A stretch of DNA of 18,246 nucleotides from Atribacterota bacterium (GTDB lineage Bacteria; Atribacterota; Phoenicimicrobiia; Phoenicimicrobiales; Phoenicimicrobiaceae): positions 1 through 18,246 of the forward strand of contig JBBRDV010000024.1 in the NCBI GenBank assembly GCA_038203565.1, given 5' to 3'. Positions 17,167-18,246 of the stretch are shown here, in pieces (the stretch's first letter is position 1; every line of letters starts with the position of its first letter). The position numbers and the translations under genes are program-made. The notes below the pieces were generated by a model. It made no database searches and was not told the origin of the DNA. It saw only the letters and a program-made list of their open reading frames with translations.

Positions 17167-17264
17167 AATTTCACACTACTTTATCAAATACTATACCTGT
17201 TTTAAAAATTCTTTTTTTATAAAATAATTGTAAAGTGTGAGGCGCGAGGGAGCATTGCCACGTT
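17167..17264 (-). repeat. Intergenic repeat copy 9 (degenerate core plus start of right arm)
   Basis: AAGA-N18-GTAT (17213..17188), T-tract, aaaataattgt (as in copy 7) and attgccacgtt (compare attgccgcgtt in copy 2). Confidence 0.6.
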
Positions 17265-17502
17265 AAATGGTAATGTGAATAATTCCTTCATATTTAGTTT
17301 TAGGATCATTTAAATGGTGAGGTATCGATGGCATCTTCATTAATTCAAGACGAGCGCTGTTATCAAAAAATAGAAAGTATGACTCAAAATCCTTTGACTC
17401 ATTACGATATTTATCCCCTGCTATGCAGTTAAAATATTTAATATAGAATCTTTTTAAACGCTCTAGATCCCCTGTCCAGATAGCAACATGTTCAATTCTC
17501 AT
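17263..17502 (-). pseudogene. 3'-truncated VOC/glyoxalase family gene
   Basis: MRIEHVAIWT.DLE.LK.FY..YF, FESYFL.F...ARLELM, GIIHI then stop. The final part of the fold (usually ending D..GN.IE) is missing. Good SD GAGGAGG. Confidence 0.82.
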
Positions 17503-17564
17503 AACTTACCTCCTCGTATAAGACATAAGGTTTCTTTGATTTGACTGTACCATACTTAAAATTA

Positions 17565-17707
17565 GGGACAAACTCACATTCTCTATCTCTCAATCTTTGC
17601 CCCATAAGTATGGTACAGTGTGGAGATTGTCTTTCTTTATACAAGCGCCGCATAGCAGCCAGCAAAGCTCCTTTACAGGAACTGCATGTCCCTTTTCCGA
17701 TAACTTC
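17565..17707 (-). pseudogene. Fragment resembling the Cys-containing C-terminal region of DUF362-type proteins
   Basis: EVIGKGTCSSCKGALLAAMRRL...ILMGQ resembles a CSxC...L..L....IGQ segment recalled from such proteins. It has no start of its own. Confidence 0.4.
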
Positions 17708-17952
17708 TAATTCCGACAGATGATAACCGGATATTTCACTAAAAAACCCTCTATGGTATGATTGCAAAATCCGTCACATTTTGCCCAATTATTCACATAC
17801 TTCTCTATCCAGTTTTTAAATACAACCCAATCGTTCGGTTCAAATTCATCGGCAATTTTCCTGACTATAGCGGTTTTTACCCCATGACATTTTACTTCTT
17901 CTTTGAAAAAACGCTGGAAGCTTTTTTGGGTCTTAACATCAATATTTTCTTT
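17708..17952 (-). pseudogene. Degraded, internally deleted paralogue of the AlkD-like gene
   Basis: Nucleotide alignment to about 15200-15570 (e.g. cggttcaaattcatcggcaatttt, tttacttcttctttgaaaaaa). Lacks 126 bp internally and both ends. Confidence 0.9.
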
Positions 17953-18246
17953 TGGAGAATGAATTATAAAAATGGGTTTGGTTGATCAGATATAATGCAC
18001 AGTCTCTTTAAAAATTTTTAAGTTATATTTTTAAAGCTCATTGGAGAATTACTATGTCCCATGAAAAATTTGTAAAAATTATACCCAATATTTTAAATAG
18101 AGTCAAACAAATTATCAGAAGACTTGGGATCAAATCTTCCCTAAGTTTTTCATGGAGTTAATAAATTTTTAATTTTCATTTTATAAAAACTTAATTTTTT
18201 CTTTATAGAGATTTTAGATTATAATATTAAAATAAATGAAAATAAA

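Noticed and set aside
1..17264. Repeat family as a CRISPR array
   Set aside because: The copies are long, diverged and separated by whole genes rather than short spacers; no cas genes.
17541..17985. Plus-strand ORFs 17541-17723 and 17758-17985
   Set aside because: They are antisense to pseudogene fragments; the similarity of 17758-17985 to 15185-15394 only reflects the alkD duplication.

Overview
This is an AT-rich bacterial window that reads as an accessory patchwork. It holds about 16 intact, functionally unrelated genes, all but one on the minus strand: SDR, RraA-like, DMT, ferritin-like plus membrane protein, azlCD, C-GCAxxG-C-C, MFS, xth, 5'-nucleotidase/SoxB-like, aroF, DsrE, 4Fe-4S protein, AlkD-like and a flavoprotein disulfide reductase. 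Several broken gene copies lie among them. Two signals stand out that the ORF track does not show. (1) A dispersed intergenic repeat of about 240 bp occurs as 9 full, partial or degenerate copies. It has a hairpin at each side and a SigH-like AGGA-N18-GTAT promoter core pointing into the adjacent minus-strand gene, and some copies lie exactly at gene-truncation junctions. This suggests a mobile promoter or cassette-joining module. (2) A complete candidate attenuator lies upstream of the DAHP synthase gene: a sigma70 promoter, a 30-aa Phe/Tyr-rich leader peptide (FFFYF), overlapping alternative hairpins and a terminator. No integrase, transposase, rRNA, tRNA or CRISPR array was recognised. All calls come from reading the sequence and recalling protein-family motifs; no searches or folding were run.
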